A stretch of 42,993 bases of DNA from Candidatus Pacearchaeota archaeon (lineage in GTDB: Archaea > Nanobdellota > Nanobdellia > Pacearchaeales > GW2011-AR1): assembly GCA_016188895.1 (NCBI GenBank), contig JACPGZ010000046.1, forward strand, positions 1 through 42,993, in the 5' to 3' direction. Shown here piece by piece: positions 1 to 10,531 of this stretch. Position numbers and translations under genes: made by a program. The notes below the pieces were generated by a model that did not search any database, was not told the DNA's origin, and saw only the letters and a list, made by a program, of their open reading frames with translations. Numbering within the stretch: position 1 is the first letter of the stretch; each line of letters opens with the position of its first letter.

Positions 1-148
1 GCAGAAGCAAAGAAAGGAGAGGTTAGGTTGACAAAGAAAAAATAAAGCTATTCGACGGCAAGCTAAGATATAAGAAGATGATTAAGGAATTAGAGGCGAG
101 ATTGAATAAATAATAAGAATTCCCAAATCTCCCTTGTAAATTTTTAAA

Positions 149-1000
149 TTAAACAAGAAGTAATTCCTCAGAAGTATGTTTCATTCCTTTAGAAAAAATT
201 ATTATTTCTCTCCCTTTGCCAGAATTAGCAGCACTATAATTCAATAGATAACTATAGTTATCAAATCCTTTATATAAATCATTTATTGGGCCAACGTCAT
301 CATATGTTATAACCCAATTCAATCTTGTAAGTTTTTTTATAGCTTCCGAAACATCTTTATGATTTTCATAATCATAATAATTCATATACAATTCTTTTCC
401 TTTGTAATAATAAGGAGGGTCAAGATATATCAAACTTTTTTTAGGTAATTTGTTTTTAATTTTATTTATTAGTTCAATTGCATCAAGGCGGTATAATTTT
501 ATTTGTTTTTTATATTTGGCAATCAATTTAATTTTTGATATTAAACTTTCTTTATTATATCTTGCATCAATTTTCCATTTTCCTTCTTGTCTTAGTCCAC
601 CGATAACTCCTGCGTTAATAATTCCAGAACGATTGGTTCTATTTAAAAAGAGCGTTGAAAAGCCCAAGGTTAATAAATCAGATTTGTCTTTACTCTGTTG
701 TATATTCTTTTGAATTTTCCAACTTTCTATAGTCGGGGGAGTTCTTTTTATTAAAGTGCAAAGTTTCCTAGGATGATTTAATATTGAATGCCATAGGGCA
801 TAAATTGATTTGTCCTTATCATTAATGATTGCTTTTGAAGCATATCCTTCAATTAAAAGAGAAAGTGCAATAGACGCTCCTCCCGCATAAATTTCAATAT
901 AAGTTCCTCCCTTAAGATTATTTTCTAAAATTAAATTTTTAAAATATTTTGCTAATTTAGCCTTTCCTCCAGGATATCTTAATGGTGAGTAAAATGTCAT
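149..1000 (-). CDS. DNA adenine methyltransferase, Dam/D12 class
   Basis: 283-aa ORF with N-terminal RYPGGK motif and catalytic DPPY (IYLDPPYYYKG), the arrangement typical of D12-class N6-adenine MTases. Confidence 0.85.
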   Translation of the reverse strand: MTFYSPLRYPGGKAKLAKYFKNLILENNLKGGTYIEIYAGGASIALSLLIEGYASKAIINDKDKSIYALWHSILNHPRKLCTLIKRTPPTIESWKIQKNIQQSKDKSDLLTLGFSTLFLNRTNRSGIINAGVIGGLRQEGKWKIDARYNKESLISKIKLIAKYKKQIKLYRLDAIELINKIKNKLPKKSLIYLDPPYYYKGKELYMNYYDYENHKDVSEAIKKLTRLNWVITYDDVGPINDLYKGFDNYSYLLNYSAANSGKGREIIIFSKGMKHTSEELLLV

Positions 1001-1197
1001 GTTAATATTATTTTAATTAAGTATTAAAACTTGTTGTTTATTTTTTATGCCTCCTATTTTTAACTTAATTAATGACTTGCCAAAAAGAAGAATTTAAAAG
1101 GCAAAATGCATTGATATATCTGAAAAGGCATTAAGGGATTAACTTGCTTGGCAATAACAAGCAATCCCTTAATGTTTATTCCCTGTGGCAATATTGA

Positions 1198-2220
1198 CTA
1201 TGATGTTTTTTTCATTGATTTGATGTCTTTAATTAGGTTATCGACTTCTTTTTTCAAAGAATTTAACAAGATTAACCTAGAATCATCGTTAATAGTTTTT
1301 GATATCTCTTTTCGTGAAAAATTTTTTATAACATCTATTGTGTCTTTTATTTTTTTAAATTCTGAGCTATTAATAGATGGATCCTTTGATCCTAAAATTT
1401 CCATGGCTGCATTAAAGTCTTTTTTTTCAAATTCCTTAAAGGCATCTTTATCTTGCAATATCCTAGCTAATTGGCGCACTTTTCTAACATCGTTATTGAA
1501 CTTTGTATGATAAACCCAGTTTCCAAATTTTTCAATATTTTTGACCTCTTTTTTAAATTCTTTCAAGTCTTTTCTTTTAAATAATTCATCAAAATATGTG
1601 AATTTATTAAACCATTCTTTATCTTTATCACTATAATTTTTTCCATACTTATCTGTCGCATCATAAACTTCTACTTGTCTTATAACAGTAGCCTTCCCCA
1701 TTCCAACGTTTTTAGAAATGTCTTCATAACTAAATCCCCTTAACTCGTGTAGATTAAAAAGATGTTTTGCTTTATTAAATGCCTTCCAAGTTTTTTTACC
1801 TTTAACATGGATTGTTGCTAAGTATATGTCTATTTCTTGGGGGAGAGTTTCTTTTGGTAATACTTTGCATCTTACTTTATCAAAATAACTTTGGGGAATT
1901 CCCATATCTAATAATTCTTCCTTATTTGCTTCTTCTTTTAGTTTCCTTAAACAAACGATTCTTCTATTTCCTTCAATTACAATGAGTTCGGAATTTAATA
2001 CCGGCTCTTCATATATCTCTCTTGCGGAAAGAATTTGTTTGTATAACTCAAGTGTATCTTTTTCTCCCCAAAGAATCTTTTCTATTTCTTTGTCAGTGAG
2101 TTTTTTTGGAATATGTGAAAATCTTACATTATTTGGATCAAGTTTAATTTCGTCTAAATATATCTCCCTAAGAGGAGCATTGGCTATCTTTTCAGCACCA
2201 TGAAGTTTTATTTTTGCCAT
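1198..2220 (-). CDS. ParB N-terminal (ParB/Srx) domain protein with HTH
   Basis: 340-aa ORF; IKLDPNNVRF and VIEGNRRIVCLRKL resemble ParB box motifs. A putative HTH (SYEDISKNVGMGKATVIRQ) follows, with a long helical K/E-rich C-terminus. Confidence 0.6.
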   Translation of the reverse strand: MAKIKLHGAEKIANAPLREIYLDEIKLDPNNVRFSHIPKKLTDKEIEKILWGEKDTLELYKQILSAREIYEEPVLNSELIVIEGNRRIVCLRKLKEEANKEELLDMGIPQSYFDKVRCKVLPKETLPQEIDIYLATIHVKGKKTWKAFNKAKHLFNLHELRGFSYEDISKNVGMGKATVIRQVEVYDATDKYGKNYSDKDKEWFNKFTYFDELFKRKDLKEFKKEVKNIEKFGNWVYHTKFNNDVRKVRQLARILQDKDAFKEFEKKDFNAAMEILGSKDPSINSSEFKKIKDTIDVIKNFSRKEISKTINDDSRLILLNSLKKEVDNLIKDIKSMKKTS

Positions 2221-2340
2221 AGAAATAACTTAACTTTATAGTATTTAAAAGTTTCTATCGGTTTTAATAAATAAAATTGAACTATGCTCTTCCGAAAATA
2301 CTTAAATTCTTTATATCTATAATAATTATAATAGATGCAA

Positions 2341-2420
2341 GAGCTCTGACGAATCCCGTGCCTCCTTCGAGGAGATAGGAGAAATCCGAAGATGATGCGG
2401 TTAGTAGGATTGACGAGCTC
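2341..2420. ncRNA. Candidate structured small RNA (GC-rich 80-nt island closed by GAGCTC/GAGCTC stem)
   Basis: GC-rich block in AT-rich intergenic DNA. Terminal 6-bp stem (2341-2346 / 2415-2420), inner AATCC/GGATT pairing, CTCC-ttcga-GGAG hairpin, and CTGA and GATGATG box-like motifs. AT-rich TATA-like run at 2311-2335 just upstream on +. Strand and class not resolved. Confidence 0.3.
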
Positions 2421-2433
2421 CCAAGTCTATTAG

Positions 2434-2895
2434 TCATTTGTTTCTTCTCCTTGTAAGGTTTAATTGTGTATCAATTATAAGGCTTAATTGATATTCTTGA
2501 GAGCCTTTTTTCAATTGACTTTCTTTAACAATATCAACTTTACTTCCATCCACTAAATTAACAATTTTTCTAAATGCTTTATACTGAAAATTATCAACGG
2601 AAATAAAAATAATGCAATTATCATATTTTTTTATGAATTCAGAAACTTCAATAAAGATATCTAAATTGTGCCTAACGCTTTTTATCTTCGTCTTTAAGAT
2701 ATAAGAAATTATTCTATCCCTTTCAAATAATTTTTTCGTAGAATTAAGATATTCTCTTTTATGTTTCAATTCCTTATAGTGTCTGAATTTTGATATTTTG
2801 GGAAGTAGTTCTTTCAATTTCTCTTTTGAAATAATATTGTAACCAATCAAATTTTCTGAAAAATCAATGAAGATATAATAATCAAATTCTTTCAT
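2434..2895 (-). CDS. Hypothetical protein, possible NYN/PIN-like nuclease fold
   Basis: The ORF track gives 2434..2961, but the internal ATG at 2895 (MKEFDYYIFIDFSEN) is preceded by GGAGG 7 nt upstream. IFIDFSEN and IIFISVDNF resemble the acidic motifs of NYN/PIN domains (weak). Confidence 0.45.
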   Translation of the reverse strand: MKEFDYYIFIDFSENLIGYNIISKEKLKELLPKISKFRHYKELKHKREYLNSTKKLFERDRIISYILKTKIKSVRHNLDIFIEVSEFIKKYDNCIIFISVDNFQYKAFRKIVNLVDGSKVDIVKESQLKKGSQEYQLSLIIDTQLNLTRRRNK

Positions 2896-2993
2896 TAATT
2901 GCCTCCGAACTTTCCATAAAAACATTATATCTAATTCGTATAAAAATTTAACCATTAGCAACCTTTTTAAACCTCCAATCTTCTAAATTTATG

Positions 2994-3346
2994 TAAGGTG
3001 GATAGCGAACTTCGGGTTCGTGCTGTAACAAGCAATCTTCTGAATAAGGGTAAACCCTTATCAACCCTGACTGGGAGTATGAGAAGAGAACCTGAGGAAG
3101 GTCCGTACATACCCATAGAAATATGGGACGCGCAAGCGAGCCAGTGTCTGAAAAGACACCTGTTGTGAAACAGAGCTCTGGAACAGAAACGACACCACTC
3201 TTGTGAGCGATGAAGAAATGAGCGAAGAAGCAAGAGAGCGGATGAAACGATCATCTTGGCTGATGCAACCTCTTTGAAGGGCTTAGTCAAATGTTCGCAT
3301 CTTTGTTCGAAAGACAAAGAACAGAATATGGCCTATTTCCACCTTA
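2994..3346 (+). ncRNA. rnpB: RNase P RNA (archaeal type)
   Basis: GC-rich block with CR-I-like GAGGAAGGTCCG (3094-3105), GTGAAAC (3165-3171), ACAGAAA (3183-3189) and CR-V-like ACAGAAtatGGCCTA (3321-3335). Terminal P1-like pairing TAAGGTGGA (2994-3002) with TCCACCTTA (3338-3346). The 116-aa minus-strand ORF here is spurious. Ends approximate. Confidence 0.65.
3044..3067 (+). repeat. 24-nt exact repeat copy A (ATAAGGGTAAACCCTTATCAACCC) inside the RNase P RNA P3-like hairpin
   Basis: Identical 24-mer recurs at 41182-41205. Here it sits inside a hairpin domain closed by TCTTCT (3036-3041) / AGAAGA (3082-3087). Confidence 0.9.
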
Positions 3347-3354
3347 CTTTTTCA

Positions 3355-3681
3355 TTATACAGAAAAAACTAAATTAATTAACTCTCCTCTTTCATTGCAT
3401 ATTGTTTCGTATTTGCCTTTTTTCAAACAATTTATAAATGAATTATAAAAATCCTCGTATTTGCCCCTATAAAACTGATTTAATGGCATTGTTATTGGCC
3501 TGAATGGATTTGGGGCAGTGATTGAAATATACCAATCTCTTGGCTCTGATGTCACTCCCAATTTTACATTTACTTTAACATCTCTATCATTAACTTTGAT
3601 TGGTACATCTTCTTCTTTAAGAGTTGTGGTTCTTCTGAAAATTTCATCAAATTCTGACATGTTAGATTTCCAAAGGGCCAT
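3355..3681 (-). CDS. Hypothetical protein
   Basis: 108-aa ORF overlapping the upstream ORF by 20 nt on the same strand; no recognisable motif. Confidence 0.5.
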   Translation of the reverse strand: MALWKSNMSEFDEIFRRTTTLKEEDVPIKVNDRDVKVNVKLGVTSEPRDWYISITAPNPFRPITMPLNQFYRGKYEDFYNSFINCLKKGKYETICNERGELINLVFSV

Positions 3682-4012
3682 AGTTAGTTAATTCTTTTCT
3701 TCTTATTGCTTCTTGGACTTCACTAAACTCATAAAGTCTAAAGAATATCTGACTATGTGGGAGCTTTCCTTGTAGCATATTTATCTTCTCTTTATCAGTA
3801 CATCTTTGCCCATAGCAATAAATATTGCCATTAATTGATACACATCCCCCAAACATTGTTATGTCTCTTCCGCAACTCTGGCAATATACATCAAATTCTA
3901 AACTAAATTTTGGAATTTCTAATTTAAATTCAGGTTCTTTTGAAGCTGATTCTTCTTGCTGGCTCTTATTCTTTAACCCAAGATATTCTTTTAATTTATC
4001 TAATAGTCTCAT
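3662..4012 (-). CDS. Hypothetical zinc-ribbon protein
   Basis: 116-aa ORF with CQSCGR...CYGQRC cysteine pairs. Confidence 0.5.
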   Translation of the reverse strand: MRLLDKLKEYLGLKNKSQQEESASKEPEFKLEIPKFSLEFDVYCQSCGRDITMFGGCVSINGNIYCYGQRCTDKEKINMLQGKLPHSQIFFRLYEFSEVQEAIRRKELTNYGPLEI

Positions 4013-4064
4013 GAGAATTATTGGTTGTAAAGCTTTAAAAATAATGTTATGTTTCAGTTTTCAT

Positions 4065-4136
4065 GGGGATGTCGCCAAATGGGAAGGCAAACGACTGAAG
4101 CTCGTTCATTAGGGGGTTCGATTCCCTCCATCACCA
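4065..4136 (+). tRNA. tRNA-Phe (GAA)
   Basis: Hand-folded cloverleaf. Acceptor GGGGATG/CATCACC has one G-A mismatch. Anticodon stem AACGA/TCGTT with loop CTGAAGC, T-arm GGGGG-TTCGATT-CCCTC, discriminator A; no encoded CCA. Confidence 0.7.
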
Positions 4137-4302
4137 TCTTATATGGAAGGGAAAAAAATCAAGATAAGAAAGAAAGTAGCTGATTTGAGTTTTATGTTGG
4201 GAATAGGTAAAAATAATAAAATCTCAACAGATAATATAATGAAAGAAATTGATAAAGGCGAGATAGATGATTAATATAGAAATTTTAATACTATTATAAA
4301 AT

Positions 4303-6252
<1,950 letters not shown>

Positions 6253-6260
<8 letters not shown>

Positions 6261-6525
6261 TCCTTGCCAAAATATCTTTATATTCTATGATGAGATGTTT
6301 GACTCCGTTTATCTCAAACTCATCAGAGCTGTATCCGCCATATAAAATCTTATCGCCTTTTTTTAATGGAAGAGGCTTTCCGTCTTTGTCAGTTCCAACT
6401 TCTATGACCTCTGCTTCTTTCTTGCCTTCTCTTGCAGACTCTGGAATATAAATTCCTTTAGCTGTTTTTTCATGCTCTTTGATTGGTTTCAATAAAACCC
6501 GTTCTCCAAGTGGCTTGACTATCAT
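6253..6525 (-). CDS. groS: Co-chaperonin GroES (Cpn10)
   Basis: 90 aa; IKPLGERVLLKP...AKGIYIPESA...GDKILYGGY is typical of Cpn10. Confidence 0.9.
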
Positions 6526-6612
6526 GTTAATCTCTTAAGATTTAGATAAAAATACTCGCCAAAATCATGTATTTAAATTTTACTATACACTCCAATATAT
6601 ATCAATCAGTGT

Positions 6613-6625
6613 AACATTTATAAAT
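6613..6625 (+). promoter_or_regulatory. BRE/TATA promoter (AACATTTATAAAT), 20 nt before ATG
   Basis: The same motif and the same 20-nt spacing to the ATG are seen at 9586-9599(-) and 16453-16466(+). Confidence 0.6.
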
Positions 6626-6645
6626 CCTAGATATATTATATTGTC

Positions 6646-7284
6646 ATGGAAGAAGAGGTAAAAAGGGATGAACCTAGAAGTGGCTCGCTTTTGCAGAGGA
6701 TTGTTGCGAATATATTTGAGAAAGCAGGATTTAGCGTTTCAATGAACTCTGGAAAATTTGGCTTCAAGGCAGATATTATAGCTACAAAATCTTCGCCTGA
6801 AATGACAGTGATTATAACATGCAAGGGGCATAGCAGGCTTCCCTTAAATATTGAGGGCCTGATTCATGAGTGGGACAGCAAGAGAAAATATGCAAATGCT
6901 CAGGCAGCTCTTGTTGTTGTTGAGGGGGTAAATCTGAAAAGCTATTTTGATTATGCCAAAAGAGTTGGTGTCGGATTATGGGATGATAACATTATATACG
7001 GATTGATAACAGGGCAGGGCAAGTTTGATGATTTCATGCGCGCATTCATACAGTTTGACACAGCAAGTGCAATGGGGGGAATGGCAAGACCTAAAAAAGG
7101 AAATTTAGCTGTTAAAATATTAAAAAGAATTCTTATTGCAGCAATTATCTACACAATCAGCCTGCTGGCTGCGCTTGCAGTATACTATGTCATGAATCTT
7201 CAATTATTGATAATGTGGCTTATATCATGCGTTTTGTTCATTATATTAATTGTGCTGAAGGGTTATTTCCTTCCTGAGATATAA
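6646..7284 (+). CDS. Membrane-anchored protein with N-terminal restriction-endonuclease-like (Mrr_cat-like) domain
   Basis: 212 aa; LLQRIVANIFEKAGF...KADIIAT...VIITCKG resembles a PD-(D/E)xK core. Two C-terminal TM helices. Confidence 0.45.
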   Translation: MEEEVKRDEPRSGSLLQRIVANIFEKAGFSVSMNSGKFGFKADIIATKSSPEMTVIITCKGHSRLPLNIEGLIHEWDSKRKYANAQAALVVVEGVNLKSYFDYAKRVGVGLWDDNIIYGLITGQGKFDDFMRAFIQFDTASAMGGMARPKKGNLAVKILKRILIAAIIYTISLLAALAVYYVMNLQLLIMWLISCVLFIILIVLKGYFLPEI

Positions 7285-7285
7285 A

Positions 7286-7837
7286 ATGGTCAATAAAAAG
7301 TTCTGGAAGATTTTTAACATTGCGATATTGATATTAGCAATTATCTTGCTGTGGATTGCATCAACTGCATTTGACTGGAAAATCAGCAAAAATGTTGCGT
7401 ATTTTGCCCTTGGAATTGGGGCAGTCATCGCATTTTTTGCCCTTCTGATGTTTCTTATCAGGGGGCTGACTGCTAAAAAAACAGAGGCAAAGATAAGCAA
7501 TGATGTAAGATTAAAAATTCTTATCAGAAAATTATTTATCGCAGCTATTGTTTTCCTGATAAGCTTATTGCTTTCAGTAGGATTGATGTTGCTTGTTGAT
7601 ATTAATTATTTGGAGATGCTTTTAGTTACGTTTGTGCTTTTCATCGGATTGCTGTTTTTCAAAGAGTATTTCTTTCCTTCGCCTTATATTTATCCTCAAG
7701 CATTTGCTAAGTTATCAAAGCCAACAAAGCCGAAACCAAAAGTCAAAATCAGTGATGTGAATAAAAGAATTCATCAGGTGTATACTAAGAAGCAGGCCAG
7801 CAAATTCAGCAAAAAGAGCGGTTTTGAGTATAGGTGA
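7286..7837 (+). CDS. Polytopic membrane protein, C-terminal 2-TM module paralogous to the upstream gene
   Basis: 183 aa; RKLFIAAIVFLISLL...KEYFFPSP parallels RILIAAIIYTISLL...KGYFLPEI of the 6646..7284 product. Confidence 0.55.
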   Translation: MVNKKFWKIFNIAILILAIILLWIASTAFDWKISKNVAYFALGIGAVIAFFALLMFLIRGLTAKKTEAKISNDVRLKILIRKLFIAAIVFLISLLLSVGLMLLVDINYLEMLLVTFVLFIGLLFFKEYFFPSPYIYPQAFAKLSKPTKPKPKVKISDVNKRIHQVYTKKQASKFSKKSGFEYR

Positions 7838-7862
7838 AGAAGTTAAAAATTGACTGATATTT

Positions 7863-8084
7863 TTACCGTATAATCTTTCTTCCTGTTTTATTATAAAATT
7901 TTATTCCTACATGAAATTTAACCTTATCTTTCTTATCATAACCTACTGCTAGATAGACTTTGTCTGTTGGATTCGCTTTTGCGTGCTTAAAAACTTCTAA
8001 CATTTCATACTCGCAACCATCACATTTTCTTACTTCTCTTAATATTTTAGTTAATTCTTTTGAATGATATTTATATTTAGACAT
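7863..8084 (-). CDS. Hypothetical small protein
   Basis: 73-aa ORF directly downstream of a DUF2283-like gene; its C-terminal KTGRKI resembles the N-terminus of the 8615..8908 product. Confidence 0.45.
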   Translation of the reverse strand: MSKYKYHSKELTKILREVRKCDGCEYEMLEVFKHAKANPTDKVYLAVGYDKKDKVKFHVGIKFYNKTGRKIIR

Positions 8085-8090
8085 TTATTG

Positions 8091-8336
8091 TTAGTTGTCT
8101 TGTTGTAAAGAAACAAAGTTGATTTTAAATGGCAGTTTTAATTCAATTTCTTGAAGAGAGCTTGTTTTTTCTTTGAATTCTTGAATCCCTATTCCAATAA
8201 TTTCGTCTGTATATTGATCCTTGAATATTGTAACTCCTGGAGTAATATCCTCTCCATAATTTGGCCTAGACTCACCTATAAAAATTGTGAGGTAGTCTAA
8301 TTCTTCATCATAATAAATTCTCATTCCTTCGTTCAT
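8091..8336 (-). CDS. DUF2283-like small protein (antitoxin-like)
   Basis: 81 aa; RIYYDEELDYLTIFIG matches the YDxExDxLxI signature of DUF2283. Confidence 0.65.
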   Translation of the reverse strand: MNEGMRIYYDEELDYLTIFIGESRPNYGEDITPGVTIFKDQYTDEIIGIGIQEFKEKTSSLQEIELKLPFKINFVSLQQDN

Positions 8337-8378
8337 TTTATTGCATCTTCGAATGTTGGTTTTTTCTTCATGCCCTTT

Positions 8379-8618
8379 CTAAGAATGAGTCTTAATCTCC
8401 ATGTTAACAGGGAGATGAAATTTTATATCCTTTAATTTACTACCTTTTTTTATGAAGTTGAATATTTTAAAACCTTTAAGCTCTTTTGTTTGTATATCTC
8501 TGCCTTCAAAAATGTCATCATCTACTTCATCAAAATATGATGGTGTTGGATTACCTATCATAATTTCTAATACATCTGCTTCCTTATCATAATATATTTC
8601 AAAATTTTGCGCTCTCAT
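8379..8618 (-). CDS. DUF2283-like small protein (antitoxin-like)
   Basis: 79 aa; EIYYDKEADVLEIMIG signature; 4-nt overlap with the upstream 97-aa gene. Confidence 0.65.
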   Translation of the reverse strand: MRAQNFEIYYDKEADVLEIMIGNPTPSYFDEVDDDIFEGRDIQTKELKGFKIFNFIKKGSKLKDIKFHLPVNMEIKTHS

Positions 8619-8908
8619 CTTTTCTTTATTTTAGATGTCCAAAAAGCTGTAGGAATAAAGCCTTCGTTGTTTAAATATTTAACTGAAACTAGTAAATATC
8701 CTGATATATCTTTTAAAGGTCTATAATAATGATATTTATTTTCATCATCTTTACTTGGTACAATGATAAGAGGTTTTATTAATGCCTCTTTTATTTCCTC
8801 CAAACTATTTGAAAGATATGGATGATATTTTAAAATATGCGCCCATCTTTCTTTGGTTAATCTAATCTTTCTTCCTGTTTTATCAGTTACTTCAAAAATA
8901 ACATCCAT
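8615..8908 (-). CDS. DUF4258-like putative toxin
   Basis: 97 aa; small basic protein (LTKERWAHILKYHP) translationally coupled to a DUF2283 gene, the known DUF4258-DUF2283 pairing. Family assignment is from memory only. Confidence 0.4.
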   Translation of the reverse strand: MDVIFEVTDKTGRKIRLTKERWAHILKYHPYLSNSLEEIKEALIKPLIIVPSKDDENKYHYYRPLKDISGYLLVSVKYLNNEGFIPTAFWTSKIKKR

Positions 8909-9016
8909 AAAGAATAAGAATTTTGCATGTTTATAATTCTAACTTAATCACCTAGGTTATTTCTTCTTGAACTTGCCGGCAAGCTTTTATCCACAAAAGC
9001 AATTCCTCAATCCAAG

Positions 9017-9565
9017 TCAGCAAACAGCTCCTTTGATTATGCCTTCTCTTTGGATTCTAAAGTCAAGGTCTTGGGTTGAGATAAGCTCGCCGTTTCTTTC
9101 TATTTCAACGCTTACTATAATATTTTCCTCAGGCGCTGTTGTTGGGACATCAAGTCTTATTGCTGTTTTTGGAATACTGTCTCCTGGCGCAACACGCCCT
9201 TTCCATTCGCTTGTTTGAACCCAGTCTTCAACTTTGGTGCCGCTTTTTGAAGCTTGTATGTCAATCATCTTTATTGTATATTCTGCTGTGTCCGGAGCAT
9301 TTATTGAGCAATGAATCTGTGCTCTTCTCCCTGGAACAAAACTTACCTCACTACCGCCAGAGCCAATACACACAACCTCCCCGCCTGTTGACTGGAACAG
9401 GTTTTGCAGCTCTTTCTTTACATTTGTGTTGACATCGCCTGTAAGATTGATTGCTCCGCATAATATTGAGCGGACAAGAACAATTCCAAGAATAAGCATG
9501 CTCATTGCTAGCACAATAACAACAATCGTTCCTATGGACAGCTCAATCGCCCCTCTTTTCTGCAT
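9017..9565 (-). CDS. Archaeal type IV pilin-like protein (class III signal peptide)
   Basis: 182 aa; MQKRGAIELSIGTIVVIVLAMSMLILGIVL has a short charged leader then a hydrophobic helix; the rest is a soluble beta-rich domain. Confidence 0.6.
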   Translation of the reverse strand: MQKRGAIELSIGTIVVIVLAMSMLILGIVLVRSILCGAINLTGDVNTNVKKELQNLFQSTGGEVVCIGSGGSEVSFVPGRRAQIHCSINAPDTAEYTIKMIDIQASKSGTKVEDWVQTSEWKGRVAPGDSIPKTAIRLDVPTTAPEENIIVSVEIERNGELISTQDLDFRIQREGIIKGAVC

Positions 9566-9585
9566 ATCAGATTATCGGAATTGTT

Positions 9586-9599
9586 ATTTATAAATGTTT
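9586..9599 (-). promoter_or_regulatory. BRE/TATA promoter (AAACATTTATAAAT on minus strand), 20 nt before ATG at 9565
   Basis: Exact match to the motif at 16453-16466, with identical spacing. Confidence 0.6.
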
Positions 9600-9745
9600 A
9601 TGGTAACCAAGGTTCCCCTAAAACTTCACCCCTCCTTTATAACCTAGGTTTTCCTGAAGCATTACCTTTCCGATGCCCTATGGAATGGGCTTTCCTAAGA
9701 ATGAAATTAAAAATAAGTAAAAATAAAATTATAATTAAACCAAGC

Positions 9746-9943
9746 TTATTCCATATCTTGAGATTCTTCTTGCTCTTCTCTTGGCTTTATTCCTTTCTTC
9801 TTCATGAAGCACTCTCTGCAGTAAACAGGAGAGCCTTCTCTTGGCTTGAAAGGAACTTCAGCTTCTTTTCCACACTCAGAGCACTTTATCTTAGTCATTT
9901 CTGGTGGGAATCGCCTGAATCCTCGGTCGTGTCTAAACGCCAT
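9746..9943 (-). CDS. CxxC-x17-CxxC zinc-ribbon protein
   Basis: 65 aa; CSECGKEAEVPFKPREGSPVYCRECF; GGAGGA 5 nt upstream of the ATG. Confidence 0.7.
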   Translation of the reverse strand: MAFRHDRGFRRFPPEMTKIKCSECGKEAEVPFKPREGSPVYCRECFMKKKGIKPREEQEESQDME

Positions 9944-10109
9944 ATATATCCTCCACTATCCATTTAAATTCATAAGAATTCGTTATTCACTACTATCTTA
10001 TCTGAAAAAATTAGAAATTAGTTGTTTATAAATGTTTTGGCTCGGTTTTGGATGCAACATAGCCAAGGGTATCCAAAGCCTTAAATAATAAGTTTTTCTC
10101 ATAAGTTTA

Positions 10110-10322
10110 ATGAGTAAAAAGAGAGTGACAATTGAGATTGATGACAAGATTATTGCAAAGCTTCAAAAAAGGGCTAGGAAAAACATGATGTCGCTAAGAG
10201 AGCTTATACAGGACATTGTAAGAAGAAGTGCTGTATCGTCAAAATTTGCCAGCATCAGTGGAGAAGCTGATGATAGACTTATAGATGTATTCAGCAGGAA
10301 AACAAAAAAGAGGATGAAATGA
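10110..10322 (+). CDS. Ribbon-helix-helix (CopG-like) protein
   Basis: 70 aa; KKRVTIEIDDKIIAKLQKRARKNMMSLRELIQDIV is a typical RHH N-terminus. First gene of three with 4-nt overlaps. Confidence 0.6.
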   Translation: MSKKRVTIEIDDKIIAKLQKRARKNMMSLRELIQDIVRRSAVSSKFASISGEADDRLIDVFSRKTKKRMK

Positions 10323-10531
10323 ATTATATAGAAAAACTGTGCGAATGGCATAAATACCCTATAAATGCATTCCTGCATCTTGTTGCATTAATTGTATTGA
10401 TTTTTGCATTATGGAATCACAGTTGGGTAGGAATTGTGAGTGCTTTTATTATTGTTTTAATAGGGCATTTGATTCAAGAGACATATGACCATAAAGCCAG
10501 AATAGATAAACTTGAAAAAAAGAAGAAATGA
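10319..10531 (+). CDS. Small membrane protein
   Basis: 70 aa, two hydrophobic helices; 4-nt overlaps on both sides. Confidence 0.5.
   Translation: MNYIEKLCEWHKYPINAFLHLVALIVLIFALWNHSWVGIVSAFIIVLIGHLIQETYDHKARIDKLEKKKK

Noticed and set aside
2341-2420. Canonical box C/D sRNA
   Set aside because: The CTGA-like box precedes the GATGATG-like box and the 3' box reads TGAC. The order and spacing therefore do not fit the C-D'-C'-D layout; kept only as an unclassified RNA candidate.
2967-3317. 116-aa minus-strand ORF
   Set aside because: It lies entirely within the GC-rich RNase P RNA candidate. Its Arg/Ser/Leu/Cys-rich composition is typical of translating a structured RNA, so it is treated as spurious.
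9581-9967. 128-aa plus-strand ORF
   Set aside because: It is antisense to, and overlaps, the conserved CxxC-x17-CxxC zinc-ribbon gene and its promoter region; no coding features.
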